From assembly GCA_041659045.1 (NCBI GenBank), contig JBAZZB010000001.1, forward strand, positions 70,111-134,110: a stretch of DNA of 64,000 nt. The letters are read 5' to 3'. This document shows, one piece after another, positions 21,825 through 32,518 of this stretch. Every line of letters starts with the position of its first letter. Position 1 is the stretch's first letter. The stretch comes from Patescibacteria group bacterium. GTDB taxonomy: Bacteria > Patescibacteriota > Patescibacteriia > SG8-24 > DYFX01. A program made the translations under genes and the position numbers. The notes under the pieces were generated by a model. That model searched no databases, was not told the origin of the DNA, and was given only the letters and a program-made list of their open reading frames with translations.

Positions 21825-22762
21825 TGTCCGGCAAGTACTCGCGCCCGGTCTACGTCCTCGATCTTCCGTGGCAGATCTTTGATCTTGCCATTCTTACGCT
21901 GTTGGTTTTTTTCTGGTCGGCGTTTTTGTACGGTTGGACGTTGGGCGGCGCGCTCGGTATCGCAATCGCGGCATCTGCTGCACTTGGTTTCACGACGATC
22001 GCCTACGGATCGTTTGTTGAGCCGAGACGCTTGCGCGTGCGCCGGATGAACGTGGGGGTGGGGGAGCGCGCAGTCACCGTCGCGTTTCTTTCCGATATCC
22101 ACGTCGGTCCGTACAAAAAAACGTCCTGGGTGCGTCATCTCGTGCGCCGCACGCAGGCGCTCAATCCGGACGTCATTCTTCTGGGCGGCGACTTTCTTTA
22201 CAAGAAAGCGGACGCTCTGCCGTATCTTGAGCCGCTAAAAGAGCTGCGCGCCCCGCTCGGCGTCTACGCGATTCTCGGCAACCACGACGAATGGAAGGCG
22301 CGAAAAGAATCCATCGCCTGGTTTGAACGATCGGCGATTCCGCTTTTGCATAATCGTTCCGTACGCGTCCAAAAGAACGGCGCTTCGATCGTGATTGCTG
22401 GCGCCGAGGATGATTGGTACGGCGAGACGGATCTTGCAGTGGCTCTTCACGACGCTGGCTCGTCGGAACTTTCTCTCGTCATGCTTCACAACCCCGATCT
22501 GGCGACTCCGGCCGCAAAACTCCTTCAGAAAGGTCCCGGGAAGATCGTGTTTTTCTCAGGACACACGCACGGTGGACAAATTCGTTTGCCGTTCATCGGT
22601 TCGATCATGCGGCTCCCGCACTATTTAGGGAGGTATTTCGATCGCGGTCTCTTTTCGTTCGAGGGTGTACCGCTCGTGCTTGGCGCCGGACTCGGCGAAT
22701 CAGGTCCGCGTGCGCGCCTCTTCTGCCCACCGGAGATTGTGCTCGTCGAAGTTCGCTTCTAA
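21824..22762 (+). CDS. membrane-anchored calcineurin-like metallophosphoesterase (YkuE/YaeI-like)
   Basis: SDIH, GGD, GNHD, HNPD, GHTHGGQ, with two N-terminal TMs. Confidence 0.9.
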   Translation: MSGKYSRPVYVLDLPWQIFDLAILTLLVFFWSAFLYGWTLGGALGIAIAASAALGFTTIAYGSFVEPRRLRVRRMNVGVGERAVTVAFLSDIHVGPYKKTSWVRHLVRRTQALNPDVILLGGDFLYKKADALPYLEPLKELRAPLGVYAILGNHDEWKARKESIAWFERSAIPLLHNRSVRVQKNGASIVIAGAEDDWYGETDLAVALHDAGSSELSLVMLHNPDLATPAAKLLQKGPGKIVFFSGHTHGGQIRLPFIGSIMRLPHYLGRYFDRGLFSFEGVPLVLGAGLGESGPRARLFCPPEIVLVEVRF

Positions 22763-22801
22763 ACAGGATTCACTTACGTTTTCGTGGTATACTTCCCTTA
22801 T

Positions 22802-24118
22802 ATGGCAACGCCTCAACGCTGCGAACGTATCGTGATTCTTGGTGCCGGTTTCGGCGGTTTGACGACCGCTGTGCAACTTGCGAAACGCATGGGGAAACGA
22901 CAGGGTTGCGAGATCGTCGTCGTTGATAAATGCACGCACCATCTGTATCGCCCCTGGCTCTACGAAGTCGCGACCGGTAACGCTCCCGAAGATCGTCTGA
23001 AGTCCGGTGTCGCGACACCGTATGAAGATCTTCGCACGCATCTTTCCGGTCTCGGTGTGAAGGTGGAGTATCAGGAAGTCATTGGTGTTGATTGGGAATC
23101 AAAAACGGTACGTCTCTGTGACGACCGTGGTTTACCGTTCGATCATCTTGTCGTGGCGCTCGGTGCTTCGCCGGATTTTTACGGCATCGAAGGGCTCGAG
23201 CAGCATGGCGTGCCGATGTACAGCTTGCAGAACGCGCTTGTCGTGCAGCGCAAGCTCAAGCATCTCGTCGAACAGAAACGCCGCAACGAAATTCCATTCA
23301 TCCGTATTCTCGTCGGTGGTGCCGGTCCGACGGGTGTCGAGTTCGCATGCGAGGCGGCAAACTTCTTGAAGACGCAGGTCAAAAAGAAGATGCTTGGCGC
23401 GGGCGAATACTCGATTGAACTCGTCGAAGCTTCGCCACGGCCGCTCCAGTCGCTTCATCCGCAGCTCTCAACCTGGGCGAAAGAGCGTCTTGAGAAGCTG
23501 GGCGTGAAACTGATTCTCGATGCCTGCATCAAAGGTGCGCACAAAGACCATGTCATCCTCGCGCCGCGGCCGCTCAAGCCTGGCGAAACGATGGAGGCCT
23601 TGATCTGTGATTTCAAAAACGAAGGCGTGAAGGAAGTGACGACGGACCTCCTTGTGTGGTGCGGCGGTTTTCGCGCCAATCCCATCGTGAAAAGCCTTGG
23701 CTTGACGATGGATGTGCGCGGGAAAGTTGAGGTGGACGACACCATGCAGGTGAAGAACATGTCGAACGCCTGGGCTGTCGGCGACTGCATCACGTTGTTT
23801 GACCCAACAGCAAAGCGTCCTGTGCCGCAACTGGCACAAGGAGCGATTCATCAGGCGCACCTCGCGGCTGAAAACATCATGCGCGCGATCGAGAAAAAAC
23901 CGTTGGCGCATTATCAGTATCCCGTCATGCATGCCATCGTGCCGATGGGTGGGTCCTGGGGCGTTGCCGAAGTGTACGGCCATCGTTTTAAGGGTGTGCT
24001 CGTGTGGCCGATTCGGTTGGCGGCCGATATCCGCTATTTCTTGTCGACCTTGCCGCTCAAGAGCGCTTGGAAACTGATCCGCGCGCCGCTTACGGTTTTC
24101 CGACGCAACAATCTATGA
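22802..24118 (+). CDS. ndh: type II NADH dehydrogenase-like FAD oxidoreductase
   Basis: ILGAGFGG, GAGPTGVEFA, AVGDC, PQLAQGA. Confidence 0.85.
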   Translation: MATPQRCERIVILGAGFGGLTTAVQLAKRMGKRQGCEIVVVDKCTHHLYRPWLYEVATGNAPEDRLKSGVATPYEDLRTHLSGLGVKVEYQEVIGVDWESKTVRLCDDRGLPFDHLVVALGASPDFYGIEGLEQHGVPMYSLQNALVVQRKLKHLVEQKRRNEIPFIRILVGGAGPTGVEFACEAANFLKTQVKKKMLGAGEYSIELVEASPRPLQSLHPQLSTWAKERLEKLGVKLILDACIKGAHKDHVILAPRPLKPGETMEALICDFKNEGVKEVTTDLLVWCGGFRANPIVKSLGLTMDVRGKVEVDDTMQVKNMSNAWAVGDCITLFDPTAKRPVPQLAQGAIHQAHLAAENIMRAIEKKPLAHYQYPVMHAIVPMGGSWGVAEVYGHRFKGVLVWPIRLAADIRYFLSTLPLKSAWKLIRAPLTVFRRNNL

Positions 24119-25323
24119 AGCTTCGCACGCTCGACGATCACAAGACGCTTAAAGGAAAGCGCGTGCTCCTGCGCGCGGATTTCAATGTGCCGGTGACGCG
24201 CGGCAAAGTAAGTGCCGACGAGGATTGGCGCATTCGTAAGGTTGTGCCGACGATTGAGCGTTTGCGGAAAGCGGGCGCGCGCGTTGTCATTGCGACGCAC
24301 CTCGGGCGACCGGACGGAAAAAAAGTCGTCGCCTTCAAGACCGACCCGATCGCCAAGCGTCTTTCCGAACTGCTGCACGCCCCCGTCGAAAAACTTGCTG
24401 ATTGCGTCGGTGAGGAAGCAGAGGCCGCGACGAAAGCCATGGAAAACGGGCAGGTCATCATGCTTGAGAATTTGCGTTTTAAAAAGGGTGAAGAAGCGAA
24501 TGATCCAGGTTTTGCCGAAGCGCTTTCGCGTCTCGGTGATATTTTCGTAAATGAGGCGTTCGGAACGTGTCATCGCGCCGCCGCTTCGATTGTCGGCGTG
24601 ACGCGGCATCTTCCTTCCTATGCGGGACCGCTTTTGGTGTCGGAAGTCGACGCGCTCAGTCGCGTGATGGAGTCGCCGGAAGCGCCGTATGTGGTCGTGA
24701 TGGGCGGCGCCAAGGTCTCCGACAAGATCGGTATCATTTCCCAGATGCTCTCTGCCGCCGATCGCGTGCTTTTGGGAGGTGCTCTGATCGCGCCGTTCTT
24801 CAAGGCACAGAGCCATTGCATCGGCACAACACCGTGCAGCGACGCCGATCTCGAGGCGGCGCTCGAATTGATGAAGCATCCGTACTACAAAAAATTGATT
24901 CTTCCGCACGACGTTGTTATCGCTGATCCGAAAGATCCGCGCAGTGCACAAGTCGTCGATTTGCAGGAGGAGCCGTTCAACCTCTGCCGCGATCACGAGG
25001 CGATTCTCGACATCGGTCCGAAAACGATCTCGGCCTACGCCGGATACATCCGCACCGCCAAGACGATTGTGTGGAATGGGCCGCTCGGGTTGTTCGAAGT
25101 GCCGAAGTTCAGCCATGGTACGCTCGCGATCGGTCGTCTTATTGCCGCGCGCTCGAAAGGAAAAACCTTCGGCGTCGCCGGCGGCGGCGAAACGGCCGTA
25201 GCGCTTGCGCGAACCGGTTTGGCGGACTGTATCGATCATTTGTCGACGGGCGGGGGAGCCATGCTCGAATTTTTGGAGGGTGCGATGTTACCCGGCCTCC
25301 AACCTTTGCGTATAGACGAATAG
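24115..25323 (+). CDS. pgk: phosphoglycerate kinase
   Basis: RADFNVP, HLGRP, LENLRF, GGAKVSDK, WNGPLG, STGGGA. Confidence 0.97.
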   Translation: MKLRTLDDHKTLKGKRVLLRADFNVPVTRGKVSADEDWRIRKVVPTIERLRKAGARVVIATHLGRPDGKKVVAFKTDPIAKRLSELLHAPVEKLADCVGEEAEAATKAMENGQVIMLENLRFKKGEEANDPGFAEALSRLGDIFVNEAFGTCHRAAASIVGVTRHLPSYAGPLLVSEVDALSRVMESPEAPYVVVMGGAKVSDKIGIISQMLSAADRVLLGGALIAPFFKAQSHCIGTTPCSDADLEAALELMKHPYYKKLILPHDVVIADPKDPRSAQVVDLQEEPFNLCRDHEAILDIGPKTISAYAGYIRTAKTIVWNGPLGLFEVPKFSHGTLAIGRLIAARSKGKTFGVAGGGETAVALARTGLADCIDHLSTGGGAMLEFLEGAMLPGLQPLRIDE

Positions 25324-25347
25324 AACCCTTATTCCTTATTTACGCGT

Positions 25348-26103
25348 ATGGAAGGAAACATGCCTGGAAAGAGTGCGCTTTGGAACCTGTTGCTTGCAGC
25401 AGGCGTCGTCTATCTTGCCGTCACGGCGGCGAACGCGTTTAAACAGAATAGCTACATCGGGCGACCCGACGCCGCGCGCGATACGATCGCGATTTCAGCG
25501 GAAGGCAAGGTAACAGCGTTGCCGGACATCGCCACGATCTCGGTCGGTGTGCAGACGGAAAACAAAGCCGTCTCCGCCGCGCAGAAAGAGAACTCGACGA
25601 AGATGAACGCGATCATTGAGAAGGTGAAAAGCTTCAGCGTCGCCGCGGAGGATATCAAAACCAGCAACTACTCGATCTATCCGCAGTACGATTACGTGAA
25701 CGGCCGCCAGGTCGAACGCGGCTACATGGTCACGCAGAACATTGACGTCAAAGTTCGCAATCTCGACAAGATCGGCGAAATTCTCGCGGCTGTCGGCGAC
25801 CTCGGCGCGAACCAGGTTGGCGGCGTTGCCTTCACGATTGATGAACCGGAAGATCTTCGCCAGCAAGCGCGTCTCAAGGCGCTCGAAGCCGCTAAGAAAA
25901 AAGCCCAGGCTTTGGCGGACGCCTCCGGCGTGAAACTCGGCAAAGTGGTTGGCTTCAGCGAGAACGAAGGGTACGTGCCGTCTCCGATGTACTACGCCAA
26001 GGAAGCGGCGCTTGGTATGGGTGGCAGCGCAGCACCTTCGATCTCATCCGGTTCGCAAGACGTCATCGTCAACGTGACGGTGTTGTACGAAATTCTTCCG
26101 TAA
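25348..26103 (+). CDS. SIMPL (DUF541) domain protein
   Basis: ISAEGKVTALPD, IKTSNYSIYPQY, AKKKAQALA. Confidence 0.9.
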   Translation: MEGNMPGKSALWNLLLAAGVVYLAVTAANAFKQNSYIGRPDAARDTIAISAEGKVTALPDIATISVGVQTENKAVSAAQKENSTKMNAIIEKVKSFSVAAEDIKTSNYSIYPQYDYVNGRQVERGYMVTQNIDVKVRNLDKIGEILAAVGDLGANQVGGVAFTIDEPEDLRQQARLKALEAAKKKAQALADASGVKLGKVVGFSENEGYVPSPMYYAKEAALGMGGSAAPSISSGSQDVIVNVTVLYEILP

Positions 26104-26179
26104 CTCTCTCGGTTGCGGACAGGAGCTGCCACCTCGGTGGCGGCTCTCGCTCCGAAACTGAACATCAACTGAAACTGCT

Positions 26180-27442
26180 ATGCCCACCATTCGCGACATC
26201 AAAGGCCGGGAAATTCTCGACTCTCGCGGTAATCCGACCGTCGAAGTGAAAATGACGCTCTCTGACGGCACGATCGCCAAAGCCTCGGTGCCTTCTGGCG
26301 CCTCGACAGGTTCGCACGAAGCACATGAGATGCGTGATGGCGACAAGCGTCGCTTCGGCGGACTCGGTGTTTTGAAGGCGATCAAGAATGTTGACGGGCC
26401 GATTGCGGACGCTTTGCGTGGTATGGAAGTGCAGGAGCAGAAGAAGCTCGACGCACGCATGCGCGACTTGGACGGCACGCCGAACAAATCAAAACTTGGC
26501 GCCAACGCCATTCTTGGTGTTTCTTTGGCCGCCGCGCGCGCAGGAGCGACCTCGCTTCAGCTCCCGCTCTATCGCTACTTGCGCGACATCTACGATTTGC
26601 CGCGCGAAGACGGCTACAAATTGCCGCTGCCGATGATGAACGTGTTGAACGGTGGCGCGCACGCCAACTGGAGCATCGATTTCCAGGAATGCATCATCAT
26701 TCCGAAACAGAAAAAATTCCGCGACCGCGTTCGATGCGGCGCTGAAATTTTCCACGCCCTTCTCGCGATTCTCAAGGATAAGAAGATGCCGACGGGCGTC
26801 GGTGATGAAGGCGGTTTTGCGCCGAAACTCAAGAAGAACGCGCAAGCCTTCGAACTGATCGCGCTGGCCGTACGCAAGGCGGGTTACAAGCTCGGTCCTG
26901 ATGTCGCCTTTGGCATGGACCCGGCTACTTCCGAATTCTACGACGCGAAAAAGAAAAAATACGTCCTCGCGACCGACGGCCGGAAACTGGATTCCGATGG
27001 CATGGTTAAAATGTGGGCCACCTACGTGAAGCGCTGGCCGTTCCTTTCGATCGAAGACGGCATGGCCGAGGATGACTGGGATGGTTGGAAGCAATTGACC
27101 GACGCGCTCGGCAAGAAGATATCGCTCGTCGGAGACGATTTCTTCGTGACCAACGTTGACCGTCTGCGCATGGGTATTGAACGCGGCGCGGCCAACGCGA
27201 TTCTGATCAAGGTCAACCAAATCGGCACGCTTTCGGAAACGATCGACGCGATTCGTTTGGCGCAGCGCAGCGGCTACAAGGTCGCGATCTCGCACCGTTC
27301 CGGCGAAACCGCCGACACGATGATTGCCGACTTGGCGGTCGCGGTGAACGCAGAGTTCATCAAGACAGGTTCGCTCTCACGCAGCGAGCGTCTTGAAAAG
27401 TATAATCGCTTGATGGAAATCGAGGATGAAGTCGGCGGCTAA
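26180..27442 (+). CDS. eno: enolase
   Basis: [41 protein letters not shown]. Confidence 0.98.
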   Translation: MPTIRDIKGREILDSRGNPTVEVKMTLSDGTIAKASVPSGASTGSHEAHEMRDGDKRRFGGLGVLKAIKNVDGPIADALRGMEVQEQKKLDARMRDLDGTPNKSKLGANAILGVSLAAARAGATSLQLPLYRYLRDIYDLPREDGYKLPLPMMNVLNGGAHANWSIDFQECIIIPKQKKFRDRVRCGAEIFHALLAILKDKKMPTGVGDEGGFAPKLKKNAQAFELIALAVRKAGYKLGPDVAFGMDPATSEFYDAKKKKYVLATDGRKLDSDGMVKMWATYVKRWPFLSIEDGMAEDDWDGWKQLTDALGKKISLVGDDFFVTNVDRLRMGIERGAANAILIKVNQIGTLSETIDAIRLAQRSGYKVAISHRSGETADTMIADLAVAVNAEFIKTGSLSRSERLEKYNRLMEIEDEVGG

Positions 27443-29000
27443 AGAGACAATCCGACCGGTTGTCCTGGCGATCTGCGACGGCTTCGGTTCGGCTCCGGCT
27501 GGGCTGCAAGGCAACGCCGTCTTGATGGCGAGGATGCCGCACTTTTCGGAGCTGTGGGGGAAATACCCGCACACCGATTTGTTTTCGCATGGCCAACACG
27601 TCGGCTTGCCCAAGCATCAGTCCGGCAACTCCGAGGCCGGGCACATGAATATCGGCGCTGGACGCATCATCAAGCAAGACGCTGTCTACATCACCGAAGC
27701 CATCGAAGACGGTATCTTCTTCAAGAACACGGCGTTTCTCGAAGCGCTCAAGCATGTCAAAAAATATCGGACGCGCGTGCATCTCATGGGGCTCATTTCG
27801 GGCGGCAATTCGGCGCACGCCTCGATGGATCATCTCTACGGACTTTTGGAACTCTGCCGCCGCGAAAAAATTGAAGACGTGGCGCTGCATCTGTTCACCG
27901 ACGGACGCGACAGTCCTCGGTTTTCGGCGACCACGCAAATTCACGACATTGAAGCGCGACTTCGTCCCGGCGAAAGAATCGCTTCGATCATGGGGCGATT
28001 TTATCCGATGGATCGCAACCGCAACTGGGAGCGCATTGGTTTGGCGTATCACGCGATCGTGAATGGGGAAGGTCTTGCGGCGGCCAGCGCCGAAGAAGCG
28101 CTTCTGGGCGCGTACAACCGCGGCGAAACCGATGAGTTTCTTTTGCCGACCGTCATCGTCGACAAAGAGCATGTGCCGCACGGCACGGTGCGCGACAACG
28201 ACGCAATTTTCTTCTTCAACTTGCGTTCCGATCGCGCGCGCCAACTCGCCAAGGCTTTTTTGCTTGATGATTTTGAAAAAAGCGTACCGGATGCCTTTAC
28301 GCGCCGCCGCGTGCCGAAAAATACGCGTTTTGTCGCCATGACGGACTTCGGCCCCGATCTGCCGTATATTCTGACCGCCTATCCCAGCCGCGAACTCAAG
28401 AAAACGTTACCGGACGTGCTCAAGGATTTGAAACAATTTTACGTTGCCGAGTCCGAAAAATTTTCGCACATCACGTTTTTCTTCAACGGCGGCTACCCCG
28501 ACCATCATTTTGGCGAGGAACGCCTGAGAATTGAATCGCTGCGCATCCCGCGCTACGACATGCGTCCCGAGATGAAAGCGCTCGAAGTCACGACCGAGGC
28601 GCTCAAGCGCATTCGTTCCGGGAAGTATCACTTCGTCGCCATTAATTTTGCCAATGCCGACATGGTTGGCCATACCGGCAACCTTGAGGCTGCCGTGAAC
28701 GCGCTCGAAGTGCTCGACGATTGTATCGGACGCTTGTGGAAGGAAATTGATGCCAAAGACGGAACGTTTGTTGTGACTTCGGATCACGGCAACGTTGAAT
28801 CGATGATCGATGTCACGACGGGTGCGGTGGATACCGAGCATTCGACGAACCCCGTACCGTTCGTTGTCGCCAATAAAAACCTCAAGGGCGGAAGGGAGTT
28901 GCCGCGTGGAGTTTTGGCTGACGTCGCCCCTACGATCCTGGATATCATGGGAATTCGCCCTCCCGACGAGATGAGCGGACGCTCTTTGCTGGCCGATTGA
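27426..29000 (+). CDS. gpmI: 2,3-bisphosphoglycerate-independent phosphoglycerate mutase (copy 1)
   Basis: [31 protein letters not shown]. Confidence 0.93.
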   Translation: MKSAAKETIRPVVLAICDGFGSAPAGLQGNAVLMARMPHFSELWGKYPHTDLFSHGQHVGLPKHQSGNSEAGHMNIGAGRIIKQDAVYITEAIEDGIFFKNTAFLEALKHVKKYRTRVHLMGLISGGNSAHASMDHLYGLLELCRREKIEDVALHLFTDGRDSPRFSATTQIHDIEARLRPGERIASIMGRFYPMDRNRNWERIGLAYHAIVNGEGLAAASAEEALLGAYNRGETDEFLLPTVIVDKEHVPHGTVRDNDAIFFFNLRSDRARQLAKAFLLDDFEKSVPDAFTRRRVPKNTRFVAMTDFGPDLPYILTAYPSRELKKTLPDVLKDLKQFYVAESEKFSHITFFFNGGYPDHHFGEERLRIESLRIPRYDMRPEMKALEVTTEALKRIRSGKYHFVAINFANADMVGHTGNLEAAVNALEVLDDCIGRLWKEIDAKDGTFVVTSDHGNVESMIDVTTGAVDTEHSTNPVPFVVANKNLKGGRELPRGVLADVAPTILDIMGIRPPDEMSGRSLLAD

Positions 29001-29022
29001 AAAAGAGTAGACTTGCCTGACT

Positions 29023-30600
29023 ATGCCTACACCGAAACCCGTCGTCTTGCTGATTCTTGATGGTTGGGGCGTTGCGCCGCCCGACCAAGGCAACGCGCTG
29101 GCACTCGCCAAGACGCCGAACATGCGCGCTTTGGCTTCGAAATATCCGGCCATGACGCTCCAGTCTTCCGGCGAAGAAGTGGGCCTCATGTGGGGCGAGA
29201 TGGGCAACTCGGAAGTCGGCCATCTTACGATCGGCGCGGGCAAGGTGTATTACCAAAGCTTGCCGCGCATCAATCGCGCGGTTCAGGGAGGGGAGTTCTC
29301 GACGAACCCCGGATTTTTGAAAGCGATCGAGCACGTGAAAAAGAATGGCACAAAGTTGCACTTGCTCGGCTTAGCCTCGATTGGCAACGTCCACGCCTCG
29401 CTTGAGCATTTGCTTGCGCTTCTTGATTTTGCCAAGTCGCAAGAGATAAAAGAAACCTACGTGCACGCTGTGCTCGACGGTCGTGACACGACCTTCAACG
29501 CCGGTATCGACTTCATCACGACCGTCGAAGCGCGTATGAAGAAAAACGGCGTCGGTAAAATCGCCACGCTTTCCGGACGCTACTACGCCATGGACCGCGA
29601 CAATCGCTGGGATCGCGTTGAGAAAGCGTATCGCGCCATGGTTGATGGCGTGTCCGACGCTAAGAACGACGACCCGCTCGCCGCCATTCGCGCTTCATAC
29701 GAAGCGAAAGTTTACGACGAGGAATTTGTTCCGACGGTCATCACGAAAAACGGAGAACCGGTCGCCAAAATCGAAGCGGGCGACGCGGTCATTGTTTTCA
29801 ACTATCGCCCCGATCGCTCGCGCGAAATCACGAAAGCTCTGGTACTGCCGGAGTTCGACAAGTTTGCCCGCCCGCAAATTGCCGATCTCGTGGTTGTCAC
29901 GATGACGGAATACGAAAAAGGACTCCCGGCCGAAGTTGCCTTTCCTCCAGAGCCGATTTCAACGTGCTTGGCGAAAGTCATTTCCGACGCCGGCATGAAG
30001 CAGCTGCACATCGCCGAAACGGAAAAATACGCGCACGTGACGTTCTTTTTGAACGGCATGAAGGAAGATCCGTTCGGCGGCGAAGACCGTGTCATCGTGC
30101 CGTCACCCCAGGTTTCTTCCTACGATCAGAAGCCGGAAATGTCGGCGCCGCAAATTACGGAACGAATCGTGAAAGAGATCGGCGCCGATAAGTACGACCT
30201 CATCGCCGCGAACTTCGCCAACGCCGACATGGTCGGCCACACCGGCAGCCTCGAAGCGACCATCAAGGCCGCTGAATTCGTCGACGTCGCCATCGGAAAA
30301 ATCGCCGCAGCAACGCTCGAAAAAGGCGGTGTCGTCCTTATCACCGCCGACCACGGCAACGCTGAAGAAGTCGTCAATTTGCAAACCGGTTCGATCGACA
30401 AAGAACACTCCACCTACCCCGTACACTTCCTGATCATCGGCCAGCAGTTCGAAGGCATGGCCGGCGAAGCCCAAGAAATGGTCGGCGGTGACCTGAGCCT
30501 CAGCCCGCCGGTGGGAATGCTCTCTGATGTCACCCCAACGATCCTGCGCATCATGGGCATCCCGCAGCCGTCAGACATGACGGGGAGGCCGTTGATTTAA
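29023..30600 (+). CDS. gpmI: 2,3-bisphosphoglycerate-independent phosphoglycerate mutase (copy 2)
   Basis: [39 protein letters not shown]. Confidence 0.95.
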   Translation: MPTPKPVVLLILDGWGVAPPDQGNALALAKTPNMRALASKYPAMTLQSSGEEVGLMWGEMGNSEVGHLTIGAGKVYYQSLPRINRAVQGGEFSTNPGFLKAIEHVKKNGTKLHLLGLASIGNVHASLEHLLALLDFAKSQEIKETYVHAVLDGRDTTFNAGIDFITTVEARMKKNGVGKIATLSGRYYAMDRDNRWDRVEKAYRAMVDGVSDAKNDDPLAAIRASYEAKVYDEEFVPTVITKNGEPVAKIEAGDAVIVFNYRPDRSREITKALVLPEFDKFARPQIADLVVVTMTEYEKGLPAEVAFPPEPISTCLAKVISDAGMKQLHIAETEKYAHVTFFLNGMKEDPFGGEDRVIVPSPQVSSYDQKPEMSAPQITERIVKEIGADKYDLIAANFANADMVGHTGSLEATIKAAEFVDVAIGKIAAATLEKGGVVLITADHGNAEEVVNLQTGSIDKEHSTYPVHFLIIGQQFEGMAGEAQEMVGGDLSLSPPVGMLSDVTPTILRIMGIPQPSDMTGRPLI

Positions 30601-30644
30601 AGTCCGCGCGGAGGTGTGTTGAGCGTATGTCATGAAACTATGAC

Positions 30645-30673
30645 GACCAAAACTCCCCGAAAGGGGAGTTTTG
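30645..30673. repeat. 29-bp direct repeat copy 1 (terminator hairpin)
   Basis: GACCAAAACTCCCCGAAAGGGGAGTTTTG, followed 3 nt later by TATACT. Confidence 0.9.
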
Positions 30674-30708
30674 TTCTATACTGAAACTATCATTCACTGA
30701 ATCTGGTT

Positions 30709-31035
30709 ATGAGCAATGCAAAAAAAGTTTTGGGTAAAGGTGTCGCGATCGCCACGTTGATCGGCGCGGCGGTGGCGCTTGCACACGCGGTGAAGAAGAA
30801 TAAGAAGGCGAAGATGCTGAAGACCGCCGCGGAAGACGCGAAGGAGCATGTTTTTGCGCACGCCAAGAAGCTCGGAGGCGTCTCCAAGACTTCATATAGC
30901 AAGATCGTTGACTCCGTCTTGGCCGAGTACGCCAACATGAAAACCTTTTCGAAAAAAGAGGTTGCCGAGATGGCGCATGAATTGAAGGATGGCTGGCAGG
31001 AAGTCGGCAAGATGCTGAAGGGCAAGAAGCGCTAG
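30709..31035 (+). CDS. small Lys-rich membrane-anchored protein (YtxH-like architecture)
   Basis: 108 aa, N-terminal hydrophobic helix then charged helices. Confidence 0.75.
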   Translation: MSNAKKVLGKGVAIATLIGAAVALAHAVKKNKKAKMLKTAAEDAKEHVFAHAKKLGGVSKTSYSKIVDSVLAEYANMKTFSKKEVAEMAHELKDGWQEVGKMLKGKKR

Positions 31036-31053
31036 ACCGCCAAGGTATTTTCA

Positions 31054-31082
31054 GACCAAAACTCCCCGAAAGGGGAGTTTTG
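31054..31082. repeat. 29-bp direct repeat copy 2 (terminator hairpin)
   Basis: Identical to 30645-30673, again followed 3 nt later by TATACT. Confidence 0.9.
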
Positions 31083-31156
31083 CTTTATACTCATCGGTAT
31101 CAGATCGGTACCTGGTACCAAAGGGACAGGTTGGTGACAGTATCGTCAAACGCATC

Positions 31157-32485
31157 ATGGAAAAAAGGAGAACCAGCAGGGAATTCATCGCGATGGAAGT
31201 TCCGGAAGATTTTGATTTGTCTGACGAGCGGAAAGCCGTGCTTGAGGCGCTCGAGCATACGAGAAAAAATATCTTTCTGACGGGAAAAGCCGGGACGGGA
31301 AAATCGCAACTTTTGAAATATTTCCGCGCGACGACGCGGAAGAAAATCGCGGTATTGGCGCCAACAGGTGTTGCGGCGGTGAACGTGCAGGGGCAGACGT
31401 GGCACTCGTTTCTTAAATGGCACGGCGATTTCCGGGCCGCAAAAAAACTGAGCATCGAAGAAGCGAAAGTCTTTCGCGAACTCGATATGGTGATCATCGA
31501 CGAAATCTCGATGGTGCGTGCGGATCATTTGGATTACATCGATCATTTTCTCCGGTTGAATCGGGTTGCTCGGGACATGCCCTTCGGCGACGTGCAGATG
31601 CTTCTTCTGGGAGACCCATTCCAGCTGCCGCCTGTCGTGCCGGACGATTTGAAGGAGGCGTTGAAGAGCCTCTATCCCAGCGAGCATTTTTTTGATTCCG
31701 GCGCGTATTTGTCCGGGAACTTTCAGAAATTCGAACTGGTGAAAAATTATCGCCAGCGCGACGAGAAGAAAGGAGACCGCAAGTTTATCGAGGCGCTGGA
31801 CGCCTTCAGGACCGCGACGTTTGACGAAGCGCATCTCGCGCACATTAATACGCGAGCGACGAAACAGAAAAAACATAAAGCGGCGATCTCTGTCGTTTCA
31901 AGAAACAAGATGGCCGATGACATCAATACCGAAGAGCTGGCAAAATTGGATACGCCGGCAAAGGTTTATCAGGGAATCATCCTGGACAAATTCAAGGAAA
32001 AAGATCTCCCTACGGCTTTTGATTTGGTTTTGAAAGTGGGCGCGCAGGTCATGCTCTTGAACAACGATCCGCAAAAGCGTTGGATCAACGGGGATATCGT
32101 GGAAGTCATCCGCACTGAAGATTCATATATCAGAGTCCAGTTCGACGACGGCTCCTACGCCGACGTCGGCCCGAACAAGTGGGAATCGGTTCAGTTTTCT
32201 TTCGATGAAGAAAATAAGAGCGTGCGTCCTGAAGTGACGGGATCATTCAGCCAGTTGCCCGTGAAGCTCGCTTGGGCGATCACAATCCACAAGAGCCAGG
32301 GTCAGACGTTCGACAATGTGCGTATTCATTTCGGCGCGGGCGCTTTCGCCGCGGGGCAGGCCTACGTGGCGCTCAGTCGCAGCAGAACGCTGGGTGGAAT
32401 CGTCCTCGCGCATCCAGTAAGATCCAGCGACATCTTCGCGGACGATCGGATTAAAACGTTTATGGCGTCAGACCTCGCCGCTTGA
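31157..32485 (+). CDS. PIF1/RecD-like SF1B helicase
   Basis: TGKAGTGKS, LAPTGVAA, IDEISMV, GDPFQLPPV, AWAITIHKSQGQT, YVALSR. Confidence 0.92.
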   Translation: MEKRRTSREFIAMEVPEDFDLSDERKAVLEALEHTRKNIFLTGKAGTGKSQLLKYFRATTRKKIAVLAPTGVAAVNVQGQTWHSFLKWHGDFRAAKKLSIEEAKVFRELDMVIIDEISMVRADHLDYIDHFLRLNRVARDMPFGDVQMLLLGDPFQLPPVVPDDLKEALKSLYPSEHFFDSGAYLSGNFQKFELVKNYRQRDEKKGDRKFIEALDAFRTATFDEAHLAHINTRATKQKKHKAAISVVSRNKMADDINTEELAKLDTPAKVYQGIILDKFKEKDLPTAFDLVLKVGAQVMLLNNDPQKRWINGDIVEVIRTEDSYIRVQFDDGSYADVGPNKWESVQFSFDEENKSVRPEVTGSFSQLPVKLAWAITIHKSQGQTFDNVRIHFGAGAFAAGQAYVALSRSRTLGGIVLAHPVRSSDIFADDRIKTFMASDLAA

Positions 32486-32518
32486 CTGCGAGCCTCTTTT
32501 GGTCCAAGATACGACGTT

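Noticed and set aside
30645-31082. 29-bp palindromic direct repeats as a mini CRISPR
   Set aside because: There are only two copies, separated by a 380-bp stretch containing a gene. They have terminator-like structure and no cas genes are nearby.
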